This document shows, in pieces, positions 1 through 10,605 of a DNA stretch of 64,000 bases. Both the position numbers and the translations under genes were made by a program. Source of the stretch: a phage. The stretch is taken from the NCBI GenBank assembly GCA_021683455.1, contig GCA_021683455.1_3051.1; one strand, given 5' to 3'. The notes under the pieces are model-generated. The model made no database searches and was not told the origin of the DNA. It saw nothing but the letters and a program-made list of their open reading frames with translations. Every line of letters starts with the position of its first letter. Within the stretch, counting starts at the first letter, position 1.

Positions 1-1
1 T

Positions 2-1285
2 GGCTATAAAGCCTGGATTGACCCACAAATTAACGAAAAAGAAGAATTATCAAGAAAAGATTTTGATGAATGGCTTTCTAAATTAGAAATCTATTCAGGA
101 AATAAAAGAATTGAACCACACTGGTATCAAAAAGATGCAGTGTTCGAAGGATTAGTTAATCGTCGTAGAATTCTTAATCTTCCAACATCTGCAGGTAAAT
201 CTTTAATTCAGGCTCTGCTTGCGCGATATTATTTGGAAAATTATGAAGGTAAAATTCTTATCATTGTTCCAACAACTGCTCTAACAACTCAGATGGCTGA
301 TGATTTCGTTGACTATCGTTTATTCAGTCATGCAATGATAAAGAAAATCGGTGGTGGAGCATCAAAAGATGATAAATATAAAAATGATGCACCAGTCGTT
401 GTTGGTACATGGCAAACTGTAGTAAAACAACCAAAAGAATGGTTCTCACAGTTTGGAATGATGATGAATGATGAATGTCATCTTGCTACAGGAAAAAGTA
501 TTTCATCTATCATATCAGGTTTAAATAACTGTATGTTCAAATTTGGTCTATCTGGTTCATTACGTGATGGCAAAGCCAATATCATGCAGTATGTTGGAAT
601 GTTTGGCGAAATATTTAAGCCAGTAACGACTTCTAAGTTAATGGAAGATGGACAAGTAACTGAGCTAAAAATTAATAGTATTTTTCTTCGTTATCCTGAT
701 GAGTTCACTACTAAATTAAAGGGAAAAACTTACCAAGAAGAAATAAAAATTATTACGGGGCTTAGTAAAAGAAATAAATGGATCGCTAAATTAGCTATTA
801 AGCTTGCGCAAAAAGATGAAAACGCTTTTGTCATGTTTAAACATGTATCGCACGGTAAAGCTATTTTCGATTTAATTAAAAATGAATACGATAAAGTTTA
901 TTACGTATCAGGGGAAGTTGATACCGAAACCCGCAATATAATGAAAACCTTAGCTGAAAATGGTAAAGGAATAATTATAGTAGCTAGTTATGGTGTATTT
1001 TCTACTGGTATTTCAGTTAAAAATCTGCATCACGTTGTTTTAGCGCACGGTGTTAAATCAAAAATCATTGTATTACAAACAATCGGTCGTGTATTACGTA
1101 AGCATGGTTCTAAGACAATAGCAACTGTCTGGGACCTCATAGATGACGCGGGCGTAGTTTCTAAATCAAAAACATCTTCTAAAAAATACTCGCATTTAAA
1201 CTATCTTTTAAAACATGGACTTGATCGTATTCAGCGTTATGCTGATGAAAAGTTTAATTATGTGATGAAAGAGGTTAAACTTTGA
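2..1285 (+). CDS. uvsW: UvsW RNA-DNA/DNA-DNA helicase, 5-prime partial (N-terminus upstream of window)
   Basis: Frame open from position 2 (..EPHWYQKDAVFEGLV..); helicase motifs LPTSAGKS and NDECH; matches T4 UvsW as recalled; stop TGA 1283-1285. Confidence 0.9.
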   Translation, partial: GYKAWIDPQINEKEELSRKDFDEWLSKLEIYSGNKRIEPHWYQKDAVFEGLVNRRRILNLPTSAGKSLIQALLARYYLENYEGKILIIVPTTALTTQMADDFVDYRLFSHAMIKKIGGGASKDDKYKNDAPVVVGTWQTVVKQPKEWFSQFGMMMNDECHLATGKSISSIISGLNNCMFKFGLSGSLRDGKANIMQYVGMFGEIFKPVTTSKLMEDGQVTELKINSIFLRYPDEFTTKLKGKTYQEEIKIITGLSKRNKWIAKLAIKLAQKDENAFVMFKHVSHGKAIFDLIKNEYDKVYYVSGEVDTETRNIMKTLAENGKGIIIVASYGVFSTGISVKNLHHVVLAHGVKSKIIVLQTIGRVLRKHGSKTIATVWDLIDDAGVVSKSKTSSKKYSHLNYLLKHGLDRIQRYADEKFNYVMKEVKL

Positions 1286-1974
1286 ATTATAAATTAATAT
1301 ATGATAATTTAATTAATAGAGCCCAGAATCGGGCTCGCCTTAATGGATACACTGAAACACATCATATAATTCCTAGATGTATGGGTGGTACAAATGATAA
1401 GTGTAATTTAGTAGAACTAACGGCTGAAGAACATTTTATAGCCCATAAACTTTTAGCTAAAATTCATCCAAACCATTACGGTATAATTAAAGCTGTTATA
1501 TGTATGGGGATGAATTCAAATACTCATGAAAGACATGTTAATAAATCTTACGCATGGGAACGTCGTAAAATGGCAGAACTTCAATCCGGCGAAGGTAATC
1601 CATTTTACGGAAAACACCATACGGAAGAACATAAACAATATATGTCAAAACTCATGAAAAGTCGTCCAATTACATGGGGAAATAAAATTAGTAAAACTAA
1701 AAGAATGAACCCAACGAAATGGACTGAAGAAGCTAAAAGATTACATTCAATCAATCAATCGGGTAAAAATAACGGCATGTATGGAAGGAAACATTCTGCT
1801 AAATCTATTCAGAAAATTAAAGATAACATGCCAGATAATTCAGGAGCTAATAACCCAGCTGCTAAACCTATAGAAGTAAATGGTGTTAAATATAAATGTA
1901 TGAAAGATGCTTCTAAAGCTACTGGATTATCAATGTACAAACTAAGAATACTTAGAAAAACAGTTAATTTATAA
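1282..1974 (+). CDS. HNH-family homing endonuclease (Mob-like) with NUMOD3-type repeats
   Basis: HNH motif HHIIPRCMGG..N..EEHFIAH; repeats GKHHTEEHKQYMSK and GRKHSAKSIQKIK; only in-frame start is TTG at 1282 overlapping the uvsW stop, with AAGAGG at 1269-1274. Confidence 0.8.
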   Translation: MNYKLIYDNLINRAQNRARLNGYTETHHIIPRCMGGTNDKCNLVELTAEEHFIAHKLLAKIHPNHYGIIKAVICMGMNSNTHERHVNKSYAWERRKMAELQSGEGNPFYGKHHTEEHKQYMSKLMKSRPITWGNKISKTKRMNPTKWTEEAKRLHSINQSGKNNGMYGRKHSAKSIQKIKDNMPDNSGANNPAAKPIEVNGVKYKCMKDASKATGLSMYKLRILRKTVNL

Positions 1975-1986
1975 GGGCTTCGGCCC
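1975..1986. terminator. GGGC-UUCG-GCCC stem-loop between HNH gene and uvsW.1 (terminator or RNA-stability hairpin)
   Basis: Perfect 4-bp GC stem with UUCG tetraloop, directly followed by SD GGAG and the uvsW.1 ATG. Confidence 0.45.
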
Positions 1987-1999
1987 TTTGGAGAAAAAG

Positions 2000-2233
2000 A
2001 TGTTACTAGAATTTAAACAATTTCTTTATGAAGCTTCTATTGATGAATTTATGGGTAAAATTGCCTCTTGTCAAACATTAGAAGGTTTAGAAGAACTTGA
2101 AGCTTATTATAAGAAAAGAGTCAAAGAAACTGAATTAAAAGATACTGATGACATCTCTGTGAGAGATGCTTTGGCAGGAAAAAGAGCTGAATTAGAAGAT
2201 TCAGACGATGATGAAGTAGAAGAAAGCTTTTAA
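2000..2233 (+). CDS. uvsW.1: UvsW.1 small acidic protein
   Basis: 77-aa ORF MLLEFKQFLYEASIDEF..; track start at 1988 is a TTG; ATG at 2000 has SD GGAG 6 nt upstream. Confidence 0.8.
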   Translation: MLLEFKQFLYEASIDEFMGKIASCQTLEGLEELEAYYKKRVKETELKDTDDISVRDALAGKRAELEDSDDDEVEESF

Positions 2234-2242
2234 ATTAAAAAA

Positions 2243-2265
2243 GGCCCAACCGAAAAGGAAGGGCC
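2243..2265. terminator. Possible convergent terminator hairpin
   Basis: GGCCC..GGGCC inverted repeat with long loop between converging uvsW.1 and minus-strand genes. Confidence 0.3.
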
Positions 2266-2288
2266 AAAACTATAGACTAAAGGTCACA

Positions 2289-2456
2289 CTATAGCAAAAG
2301 TTGTGTTTCATTTAATTGTTCTTCCGAACTTTCTGAAACTGGTAGTTCTTTAATGTAATTATAGCAAGGCCCAGGATGTACAGGACCTTTGTCTGTTTCA
2401 ACAACCAATGCAGAATCGATTGGAGTTTTACAGACAACACAAATCTTATCTGACAT
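2289..2456 (-). CDS. Small Cys-rich protein (55 aa; uvsY.-2 position)
   Basis: Hand-translated MSDKICVVCKTPIDSALVVETDKGPVHPGPC..; SD GAGGAG upstream; below track size cutoff. Confidence 0.45.
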   Translation of the reverse strand: MSDKICVVCKTPIDSALVVETDKGPVHPGPCYNYIKELPVSESSEEQLNETQLLL

Positions 2457-2482
2457 GATTGTCTCCTCTGAATTATATATCT

Positions 2483-2490
2483 ATTTATAA
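2483..2490 (-). promoter_or_regulatory. T4-type late promoter TATAAATA
   Basis: Exact TATAAATA on minus strand about 27 nt upstream of ATG at 2456. Confidence 0.5.
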
Positions 2491-2579
2491 CCCCATCTTA
2501 AAGCGCATTTCTTGTACACGCTTTAAACATGCTTCCATTTCTGCTAAAAGTCTAAATACTTCTTTATAATTTGTCATAT

Positions 2580-2807
2580 TTACCCCATATCTCTCATATG
2601 CATATCAATGCCCATATCTTTAGAATAAAAATATTCATCAAGATATCCGGCAAATTTTCCTTTAATATAAAGGACATCTTCACCACACGGGTGGTCGGCC
2701 AGGATACGAATATCCTGACGCTTAAGATTATGCTTTTTCATTAAGAATTGAATTTCCGTTTCAAATTCTTCTTCATAATTAAAAGCATCATCAATGCTAT
2801 ATCTCAT
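2580..2807 (-). CDS. Hypothetical protein (75 aa; uvsY.-1 position)
   Basis: ORF immediately downstream of uvsY, start overlaps uvsY stop. Confidence 0.6.
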   Translation of the reverse strand: MRYSIDDAFNYEEEFETEIQFLMKKHNLKRQDIRILADHPCGEDVLYIKGKFAGYLDEYFYSKDMGIDMHMRDMG

Positions 2808-3220
2808 TATTTTCCAGCCTCAAATGCTCGCATGTCTTGAATATGCTTAATAGCAAATCCACGTGATTTAATAGCATCAAGAGCTCCGCTACAGAAATCC
2901 AATAAAATCCCCCAATATTGTAACGAGGTATCAACCTTTAAAACATCCTTATCAGCTGATAGAACTGTTTTCATTTCTGATTTCTCGTAACGATCCATAC
3001 TAAATTCATCACCATCTCCTCGTCCCGAGTAGTAATCTAATTTAGCTTTAAGAGCAACTTTTTTCTGTGCTTCAATTCTAAGCATTTCCTTTTTAATACT
3101 TGAATGCTTATTAAGCCATTTACTATATAACATCACATTATTAGCTGCTTCATACTGTAATTTAGTCGAATCTATAAACACATCTTTCTTCAATTCTTCT
3201 TGAAGATCTTCTAATCTCAT
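2807..3220 (-). CDS. uvsY: UvsY recombination mediator
   Basis: 137-aa ORF MRLEDLQEELKKDVFIDSTKLQYEAANN..; matches T4 UvsY length and sequence as recalled. Confidence 0.9.
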   Translation of the reverse strand: MRLEDLQEELKKDVFIDSTKLQYEAANNVMLYSKWLNKHSSIKKEMLRIEAQKKVALKAKLDYYSGRGDGDEFSMDRYEKSEMKTVLSADKDVLKVDTSLQYWGILLDFCSGALDAIKSRGFAIKHIQDMRAFEAGK

Positions 3221-3258
3221 ATTGTTCTCTATTCAATTGTTATTGGATGGACTTAGAT

Positions 3259-3290
3259 TCATTATACCACGTTTTAACGTGAAGCATTAT
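3259..3290 (-). promoter_or_regulatory. Candidate MotA-dependent middle promoter for uvsY
   Basis: Minus strand ATGCTTCA (MotA-box-like) about 12 nt upstream of TATAAT. Confidence 0.45.
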
Positions 3291-3685
3291 ACCCTATTAC
3301 TGGAAGCCAGTTGCAGTTTTATCTGCTCAATATCATCAGGGTTATCGATGACTGAAAAGCGTATTTCTACTATCAGAGTATAATCATCATAAACGGGTAT
3401 CACATTAACTGCTAATTTATCAATACGTGGCTCATAGTTTCTTACTGCGCTTTCAATGTTACGCTCAACCGTGTCAGCAGTAAGAGGAGTCATATTCTCA
3501 AAAAGTTGGTCAGATAAATCACATCCAAATTCAGGGTCAAACGGTCTTGAACCTTTTCTTGTTGTAATAATTCCTAAAAGACTATTTTTAATTGACCTTA
3601 ATCCAAGTGATCTTGAAACGTCTTTGTTCCAATCCATTTTCATCTCTGGGTCAATATCAGAATAAAGCTTATTAATATTTGCCAT
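3287..3685 (-). CDS. 25: Baseplate wedge subunit gp25
   Basis: 132-aa [22 protein letters not shown]..; T4 gp25 length and sequence. Confidence 0.9.
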   Translation of the reverse strand: MANINKLYSDIDPEMKMDWNKDVSRSLGLRSIKNSLLGIITTRKGSRPFDPEFGCDLSDQLFENMTPLTADTVERNIESAVRNYEPRIDKLAVNVIPVYDDYTLIVEIRFSVIDNPDDIEQIKLQLASSNRV

Positions 3686-4311
3686 TACAATAGCTCAAAG
3701 AATTCTTTGAGTCCTCTTATTACATGAGCGTGAGTTTTTCCACACTCTGGACATTTAATTGGAACAGCCAAATAAACAGTAGGCTTTAAAAGCATATCTT
3801 TTATAGCTACAATATCTGACTCTGTGATGATAGAATATAAATCTTCCAATTCTTTTTCATTTAAGTCTTCAACTGGAATGCTTTCCCCGTTAGCGTGAAT
3901 CGTTTCTATACATGATACTATCATGTGGGCTATATTTTTATCATCAAAAATTTTAGGGTAATGGAATTTAATTTTAATGTCACCCAGTGTATACCAGAGG
4001 TCTTCTGGTGCATCTATTTGTGTATGTAATAGATTTATATGGGTTGGTATTTCAGTTCCACAGGTGCACTTCCAGGAGTTTTCGTGATTAACTTCACCAA
4101 GAGAATGTGCCCATAAATGAATCAATAATAGTTCTGATTCTTGGCGGTTTAAATCTTTTGCATTTGTACAGTCTTTGATTAGCTTTTTAACAATTGCTTC
4201 TACAGAACCATTATTTTTGGCAGTAATAAGTTCTAGATATTCTTTAAGCGTGAATGCGCGACAATTGATTATTTTAGAACCAACTCTCACATCAAATTTG
4301 TATTCATACAT
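3685..4311 (-). CDS. 26: Baseplate hub subunit gp26
   Basis: 208-aa ORF; T4 gp26 length and position. Confidence 0.85.
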   Translation of the reverse strand: MYEYKFDVRVGSKIINCRAFTLKEYLELITAKNNGSVEAIVKKLIKDCTNAKDLNRQESELLLIHLWAHSLGEVNHENSWKCTCGTEIPTHINLLHTQIDAPEDLWYTLGDIKIKFHYPKIFDDKNIAHMIVSCIETIHANGESIPVEDLNEKELEDLYSIITESDIVAIKDMLLKPTVYLAVPIKCPECGKTHAHVIRGLKEFFELL

Positions 4312-4332
4312 ATTTAGCTCCTTTATTTATCA

Positions 4333-4340
4333 TATTTATA
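4333..4340 (-). promoter_or_regulatory. Late promoter TATAAATA for 26-25
   Basis: Minus-strand TATAAATA 22 nt upstream of gp26 ATG. Confidence 0.55.
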
Positions 4341-4344
4341 AATA
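4337..4344 (+). promoter_or_regulatory. Late promoter TATAAATA for 51-27-28-29
   Basis: Plus-strand TATAAATA overlapping the minus-strand copy; SD AAGGAG 4351-4356; ATG 4362. Confidence 0.55.
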
Positions 4345-4361
4345 GAATAAAAGGAGCATCT

Positions 4362-5114
4362 ATGGCAAACATTATTCGTTGTAAATTACCAGATGGTGTT
4401 CATCGTTTTAAACCATTTACGGTAGAAGATTATCGAGATTTTTTGTTAGTTCGAAACGATATAGAACATCGGTCACCACAAGAACAAAAAGAAGTAATTG
4501 CTGATTTAATTGCTGATTATTTTGGAGACTATCCAAAGACTTGGCAACCATTTATATTTTTGCAGGTATTTGTAGGTTCAATAGGTAAAACTAAAGTACC
4601 AGTCACATTTGTATGTCCAAAATGTAAAAAAGAAAAGACAATTCCATTTGAAATATATCAAAAAGAATTAAAGGAACCTATTTTTGATGTAGCTAATGTT
4701 AAAATTAAATTAAATTTTCCTTCTGAGTTTTATGAAAATAAAGCAAAGATGATTACTGAAAATATTCATTCTGTTCAAGTAGATGAAATGTGGTATGATT
4801 GGAAGGAAATTAGTGAATCAAGTCAAATAGAACTTGTTGACGCCATCGAGATAGAAACATTAGAAAAAATTCTCGATGCAATGAATCCTATTAATTTAAC
4901 ATTGCACATGTCGTGTTGTGATAAGTACATTAAAAAATACACTGATATAGTAGATGTGTTTAAGCTATTAGTTAATCCAGATGAGATATTTACTTTTTAT
5001 CAAATTAATCACACGCTTGTAAAAAGTAATTATAGCTTAAATTCAATAATGAAAATGATTCCTGCCGAGCGCGGATTCGTATTAAAACTGATTGAGAAGG
5101 ATAAACATCAATGA
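4362..5114 (+). CDS. 51: Baseplate hub assembly protein gp51
   Basis: 250-aa ORF; T4 gp51 length and position. Confidence 0.85.
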   Translation: MANIIRCKLPDGVHRFKPFTVEDYRDFLLVRNDIEHRSPQEQKEVIADLIADYFGDYPKTWQPFIFLQVFVGSIGKTKVPVTFVCPKCKKEKTIPFEIYQKELKEPIFDVANVKIKLNFPSEFYENKAKMITENIHSVQVDEMWYDWKEISESSQIELVDAIEIETLEKILDAMNPINLTLHMSCCDKYIKKYTDIVDVFKLLVNPDEIFTFYQINHTLVKSNYSLNSIMKMIPAERGFVLKLIEKDKHQ

Positions 5115-6283
5115 GTATGTTACAACGTCCTGGATATCCAAATCTCAGCGTTAAATTATTTGAGAGTTATGACGCTTGGAGTAATAATAGATTTGTTGAA
5201 TTAGCTGCTACTATTACCACATTAACTATGCGTGACTCTCTTTATGGTCGAAATGAAGGAATGCTGCAGTTTTATGATTCTAAAAACATCCATACAAAAA
5301 TGGATGGAAATGAAATAATTCAGATTTCTGTAGCTAATGCAAACGATATTAATAATGTTAAAACACGAATTTATGGATGCAAGCATTTTTCCGTGTCAGT
5401 AGATTCAAAAGGCGATAACATCATTGCTATTGAATTGGGAACTATTCATTCTATAGAAAATCTTAAATTTGGTAGACCATTTTTCCCTGATGCCGGTGAA
5501 TCTATAAAGGAAATGCTTGGCGTAATTTATCAAGATCGTACATTATTAACTCCAGCGATAAATGCTATTAATGCTTATGTTCCTGATATTCCATGGACTA
5601 GCACATTTGAAAACTATTTGTCATATGTAAGAGAAGTTGCTCTAGCGGTAGGAAGCGATAAGTTCGTATTTGTATGGCAAGACATCATGGGAGTTAACAT
5701 GATGGACTATGATATGATGATAAATCAAGAACCATATCCAATGATTGTAGGTGAGCCAACTTTAATAGGTCAATTCGTCCAAGAATTGAAATATCCATTA
5801 GCATATGATTTTGTTTGGTTGACTAAATCAAACCCGCATAAACGCGATCCAATGAAAAATGCTACTATCTATGCTCATTCATTTTTAGATTCTTCATTAC
5901 CAATGATTACTACAGGAAAGGGTGAAAACTCTATTGTAGTGTCAAGGTCAGGTGCTTATTCTGAAATGACTTATAGAAATGGATATGAAGAAGCTATTCG
6001 TCTTCAGACTATGGCGCAGTATGATGGTTACGCTAAATGTTCTACTGTCGGTAATTTTAACTTGACTCCCGGCGTTAAAATTATTTTTAATGATAGTAAA
6101 AACCAATTTAAAACAGAATTTTACGTTGATGAAGTTATTCACGAATTATCAAATAATAATTCCGTAACTCATCTTTATATGTTCACTAATGCAACGAAAC
6201 TGGAAACAATCGACCCAGTTAAGGTTAAAAATGAATTTAAAACTGATACTACCACTGAAGAAAGTAGTTCTTCCGATAAGTAA
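5111..6283 (+). CDS. 27: Baseplate hub subunit gp27
   Basis: 390-aa ORF; ATGA overlap with gene 51; T4 gp27. Confidence 0.9.
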   Translation: MSMLQRPGYPNLSVKLFESYDAWSNNRFVELAATITTLTMRDSLYGRNEGMLQFYDSKNIHTKMDGNEIIQISVANANDINNVKTRIYGCKHFSVSVDSKGDNIIAIELGTIHSIENLKFGRPFFPDAGESIKEMLGVIYQDRTLLTPAINAINAYVPDIPWTSTFENYLSYVREVALAVGSDKFVFVWQDIMGVNMMDYDMMINQEPYPMIVGEPTLIGQFVQELKYPLAYDFVWLTKSNPHKRDPMKNATIYAHSFLDSSLPMITTGKGENSIVVSRSGAYSEMTYRNGYEEAIRLQTMAQYDGYAKCSTVGNFNLTPGVKIIFNDSKNQFKTEFYVDEVIHELSNNNSVTHLYMFTNATKLETIDPVKVKNEFKTDTTTEESSSSDK

Positions 6284-6764
6284 TAAAGAAGTTTCTATTC
6301 CTAAAATGGGTCTTAAACATTATAACATTTTAAAAGATGTTAAAGGTCCTGATGAAAATTTAAAACTTCTTATTGATTCTATTTGTCCGAATTTATCACC
6401 GGCAGAAGTTGATTTCGTTTCCATTCATTTGCTAGAATTTAATGGAAAGATTAAATCTCGTAAAGAAATAGATGGTTATACTTATGATATTAATGACGTT
6501 TATGTATGCCAAAGATTGGAATTTCAATACCAAGGAAATACATTTTATTTTAGACCTCCTGGAAAATTTGAACAATTTTTAACTGTAAGCGATATGTTAT
6601 CCAAATGCTTGCTTAAGGTCAATGATGAAGTTAAAGAAATTAATTTTCTTGAGATGCCAGCATTTGTTTTAAAATGGGCAAATGATATTTCTACAACTTT
6701 AGCAATTCCTGGCCCTAATGGTCCAATAACCGGAATTGGCAATATTATTGGATTATTTGAATGA
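6231..6764 (+). CDS. 28: Baseplate hub distal subunit gp28
   Basis: Track ORF 6189-6764; internal ATG at 6231 gives 177 aa (T4 gp28 length) and a short overlap with gp27. Confidence 0.8.
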   Translation: MNLKLILPLKKVVLPISNKEVSIPKMGLKHYNILKDVKGPDENLKLLIDSICPNLSPAEVDFVSIHLLEFNGKIKSRKEIDGYTYDINDVYVCQRLEFQYQGNTFYFRPPGKFEQFLTVSDMLSKCLLKVNDEVKEINFLEMPAFVLKWANDISTTLAIPGPNGPITGIGNIIGLFE

Positions 6765-8533
6765 AAAAGCCACAAGAAATGCAAACGATGCGTAGAAAAG
6801 TTATTTCAGATAATAAACCAACACAGGACGCGGCTAAATCCGCTTCTAATACTTTATCTGGTCTTAATGACATTTCTACAAAATTAGATGATGCTCAAGC
6901 TGCTTCTGAATTAATAGCTCAGACTGTTGAAGAAAAATCAAATGAAATAGTTGGAGCAATTGATAACGTTGAAAGCGCAGTAAGTGATACTACTGCCGGT
7001 TCTGAGTTAATTGCTGAAACTGTTGAAATTGGAAACAATATTAATAAAGAAATCGGTGAATCGCTCGGAAGCAAATTAGATAAATTAACAAGTTTACTGG
7101 AACAAAAAATTCAGACAGCTGGAATTCAGCAAACTGGAACGAGTTTAGCAGTAGTCGAAAATGCTATTCCTGTTAAAGTCGTCGAGGATGATACAGCTGA
7201 ATCTGTGGGTCCTTTATTACCGGCTCCTGAAGCAGTTAATAATGATCCTGATGCTGATTTTTTCCCTACCCCTCAGCCAATTGAACCAAAACAAGAGTCT
7301 CCAGAAGAGAAGCAAAAAAGAGACGCATTTAACTTAAAAATATCTAATGCATTAGATAAATTAACAAAGACAGTTGATTTCGGATTTAAGAAATCTATTT
7401 CAATTACTGATAAAATATCTAGTATGCTATTTAAGTATACCGTCAGTGCTGCTATTGAAGCTGCTAAAATGGTTGCATTGATAATGGCTGTTGTTATTGG
7501 AATAGACCTGCTGATGGTTCATTTTAAATACTGGTCAGATAAATTTTCAAAAGCCTGGGATTTATTTGGTACTGATTTTACTAAATTCTCTAGCGAAACC
7601 GGAACATGGGGTCCTTTATTACAAAGCATCTTTGATTCTATTGATAAAATTAAACAACTTTGGGAAGCTGGAGATTGGGGCGGATTAACAGCAGCTATTG
7701 TTGAAGGGCTTGGAAGTGTTCTTTATAATTTAGGAGAGCTTATTCAATTAGGTATGGCTAAATTATCTGCAGCAATTCTTCGAGTTATTCCTGGCATGAA
7801 GGATACTGCTGATGAAGTAGAAGGAAGAGCATTAGAAAATTTTCAAAATTCTACTGGAGCATCTCTTAATAAAGAAGACCAAGAAAAAGTAGCAAATTAT
7901 CAAGATAAACGAATGAATGATGATCTTGGCCCAATAGCAAAAGGATTAGACAAAATTGCGAATTGGAAAACTCGTGCATCTAACTGGATTCGTGGTGTAG
8001 ATAATAAAGAAGCATTGACTACTGACGAAGAACGTGCAGCAGAAGAAGAAAAATTAAAACAACTTTCACCGGAAGAAAGAAAAAATGCTTTAATGAAAGC
8101 TAATGAAGCTCGTGCTGCGATGATTCGTTTTGAAAAATACGCTGATTCAGCTGATATGAGCAAAGACTCAACGGTTAAATCAGTTGAATCTGCCTATGAA
8201 GACCTTAAAAAACGGATGGATGACCCGGATTTAAATAATTCACCGGCGGTTAAAAAAGAACTTGCTGCTAGATTTTCTAAAATTGATGCTACTTATCAAG
8301 AGCTCAAGAAAAATCAGCCTAATGCCAAACCTGAAACTTCTGCTAAATCGCCAGAAGCGAAACAGGTCCAGGTGATTGAAAAGAACAAAGCACAACAAGC
8401 TCCTGTTCAACAAGCATCTCCTTCAATCAATAATACTAATAATGTTATTAAGAAAAATACTGTCGTTCATAATATGACACCTGTCACAAGCACAACTGCT
8501 CCTGGTGTATTTGGTGCGACGGGAGTTAATTAA
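6761..8533 (+). CDS. 29: Baseplate hub / tail length determinator gp29
   Basis: 590-aa ORF; T4 gp29 length; ATGA overlap with gene 28. Confidence 0.9.
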   Translation: MKKPQEMQTMRRKVISDNKPTQDAAKSASNTLSGLNDISTKLDDAQAASELIAQTVEEKSNEIVGAIDNVESAVSDTTAGSELIAETVEIGNNINKEIGESLGSKLDKLTSLLEQKIQTAGIQQTGTSLAVVENAIPVKVVEDDTAESVGPLLPAPEAVNNDPDADFFPTPQPIEPKQESPEEKQKRDAFNLKISNALDKLTKTVDFGFKKSISITDKISSMLFKYTVSAAIEAAKMVALIMAVVIGIDLLMVHFKYWSDKFSKAWDLFGTDFTKFSSETGTWGPLLQSIFDSIDKIKQLWEAGDWGGLTAAIVEGLGSVLYNLGELIQLGMAKLSAAILRVIPGMKDTADEVEGRALENFQNSTGASLNKEDQEKVANYQDKRMNDDLGPIAKGLDKIANWKTRASNWIRGVDNKEALTTDEERAAEEEKLKQLSPEERKNALMKANEARAAMIRFEKYADSADMSKDSTVKSVESAYEDLKKRMDDPDLNNSPAVKKELAARFSKIDATYQELKKNQPNAKPETSAKSPEAKQVQVIEKNKAQQAPVQQASPSINNTNNVIKKNTVVHNMTPVTSTTAPGVFGATGVN

Positions 8534-8541
8534 GGAATAAT

Positions 8542-9636
8542 ATGGCAATTGTTAAAGAAATAACTGCTGATTTAATTAAAAAGTCCGGTGAAACAATTTC
8601 AGCCGGACAGAGTACTAAATCAGAAGTAGGAACTAAAACATACACAGCCCAGTTTCCAACTGGGCGTGCTAGTGGTAATGACACTACAGGGGACTTCCAG
8701 GTAACAGATCTATATAAGAATGGATTATTATTTACTGCATACAATATGTCATCTAGGGATTCTGGAAGTCTTAGAACGATGAGATCTAACTACTCTTCTT
8801 CATCTTCGAGTATTTTACGTACAGCCAGAAACACTATCAGTAATACAGTATCAAAACTATCAAATGGACTAATATCAGATAATAATTCAGGAACAATAAG
8901 TAAAGTTCCTGTTGCAAATATTCTTTTACCTAGATCTAAATCTGACGTCGATACGTCATCACATAGATTTAATGATGTTCAAGATAGTCTTATTACAAAA
9001 GGCGGAGGTACTGCTACTGGTGTGCTAAGTAATATGGCTTCAACTGCAGTATTTGGTGCGCTTGAAAGTATAACACAAGGAATAATGGCTGATAATAATG
9101 AACAGATCTATACAACAGCTAGAAGTATGTATGGCGGTGCTGAAAATAGAACAAAAGTGTTCACCTGGGATTTGACTCCACGCTCAACAGAAGATTTAAT
9201 GGCTATTATTAATATCTATCAGTATTTTAACTATTTTTCTTACGGTGAAACTGGTAAATCTCAATATGCTGCTGAAATAAAAGGATATTTAGATGAGTGG
9301 TATCGTTCTACATTTATTGAACCATTAACGCCAGAAGACGCGATTAAAAACAAGACGTTATTTGAAAAAATGACATCGAGTTTAACGAACGTTCTTGTAG
9401 TTTCAAACCCGACAATTTGGATGGTGAAAAACTTTGGTGCAACTTCTAAATTTGATGGAAAGACTGAAGTATTCGGTCCATGCCAAATACAGAGTATTAG
9501 ATTTGATAAAACACCAAATGGTAACTTTAATGGATTAGCTATTGCTCCTAACCTTCCAAGTTCTTTTACACTCGAGATTACTATGAGAGAGATTATTACG
9601 TTAAACCGTGCTTCTTTATATACGGGGACTTTCTAA
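8542..9636 (+). CDS. 48: Baseplate tail-tube cap gp48
   Basis: 364-aa ORF; T4 gp48 length and order. Confidence 0.9.
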   Translation: MAIVKEITADLIKKSGETISAGQSTKSEVGTKTYTAQFPTGRASGNDTTGDFQVTDLYKNGLLFTAYNMSSRDSGSLRTMRSNYSSSSSSILRTARNTISNTVSKLSNGLISDNNSGTISKVPVANILLPRSKSDVDTSSHRFNDVQDSLITKGGGTATGVLSNMASTAVFGALESITQGIMADNNEQIYTTARSMYGGAENRTKVFTWDLTPRSTEDLMAIINIYQYFNYFSYGETGKSQYAAEIKGYLDEWYRSTFIEPLTPEDAIKNKTLFEKMTSSLTNVLVVSNPTIWMVKNFGATSKFDGKTEVFGPCQIQSIRFDKTPNGNFNGLAIAPNLPSSFTLEITMREIITLNRASLYTGTF

Positions 9637-10601
9637 TGTATTCTTTAGAGGAATTTAATAATCAAGCAATAAACGCAGACTTCCAACGTAATAATATGTT
9701 CAGCTGTGTTTTTGCTACAACTCCATCAACTAAAAGCTCATCGTTAATAAGCTCAATTAGTAACTTTGCTTATAATAACTTGGGTCTAAATTCAGATTGG
9801 TTGGGATTAACTCAAGGTGATATTAATCAGGGAATTACCACGCTAATTACCGCTGGCACACAAAAACTAATAAGAAAATCGGGAGTCAGTAAATATCTTA
9901 TTGGCGCTATGAGTCAGCGTACTGTTCAGAGTTTATTAGGCTCATTTACAGTTGGTACATATTTAATTGACTTCTTTAACATGGCATATAACTCATCTGG
10001 ATTGATGATATATTCTGTAAAAATGCCAGAGAATAGATTATCCTATGAAACTGACTGGAACTATAATTCTCCTAATATTCGTATAACTGGAAGAGAATTA
10101 GACCCTTTGGTTATTTCATTCAGAATGGATTCAGAAGCTTGTAACTATCGTGCAATGCAAGACTGGGTTAACGCTGTTCAAGACCCAGTAACTGGATTGC
10201 GTGCTTTACCGCAAGATGTCGAGGCAGATATTCAGGTTAATCTTCATTCTCGCAATGGATTACCTCATACTGCGGTGATGTTCACTGGATGCATTCCAAT
10301 ATCAGTGAGCGCTCCTGAGTTATCATATGATGGAGATAACCAAATAACTACATTTGACGTTACTTTTGCGTATAGAGTGATGCAGGCTGGAGCAGTTGAT
10401 AGACAAGCTGCCCTTGAATGGCTTGAATCTGCTACTATAAATGGTATTCAAAGCGTTCTCGGAAATAGTGGAGGTGTTACTGGACTATCTAATTCGCTTT
10501 CACGACTTAGTAGATTAGGGGGAACTGCAGGAAGCATTTCAAATATTAATACTATGACAGGAATTGTCAATTCGCAAAGTAAAATATTAGGAGCAATATA
10601 A
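9636..10601 (+). CDS. 54: Baseplate tail-tube initiator gp54
   Basis: 321-aa ORF; T4 gp54; start overlaps gp48 stop. Confidence 0.9.
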   Translation: MYSLEEFNNQAINADFQRNNMFSCVFATTPSTKSSSLISSISNFAYNNLGLNSDWLGLTQGDINQGITTLITAGTQKLIRKSGVSKYLIGAMSQRTVQSLLGSFTVGTYLIDFFNMAYNSSGLMIYSVKMPENRLSYETDWNYNSPNIRITGRELDPLVISFRMDSEACNYRAMQDWVNAVQDPVTGLRALPQDVEADIQVNLHSRNGLPHTAVMFTGCIPISVSAPELSYDGDNQITTFDVTFAYRVMQAGAVDRQAALEWLESATINGIQSVLGNSGGVTGLSNSLSRLSRLGGTAGSISNINTMTGIVNSQSKILGAI

Positions 10602-10605
10602 CAAT

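Noticed and set aside
3456-3665. Plus-strand 69-aa ORF inside gene 25 (and similar antisense ORFs at 5948-6142, 6545-6784, 7900-8163, 8526-8744, 11463-11690, 14428-14888, 16466-17105, 17353-18263, 24032-24617, 28135-28471, 29137-30809, 35383-36716, 37496-37687, 38196-39098, 42611-42950, 44179-44451, 48418-48989, 52095-52292, 53381-53887, 56283-56558, 57145-57751, 58263-58457, 59809-60057, 60799-62060, 62033-62437, 63059-63271)
   Set aside because: All overlap well-supported genes on the opposite strand or in an alternate frame and lack start signals; treated as spurious.
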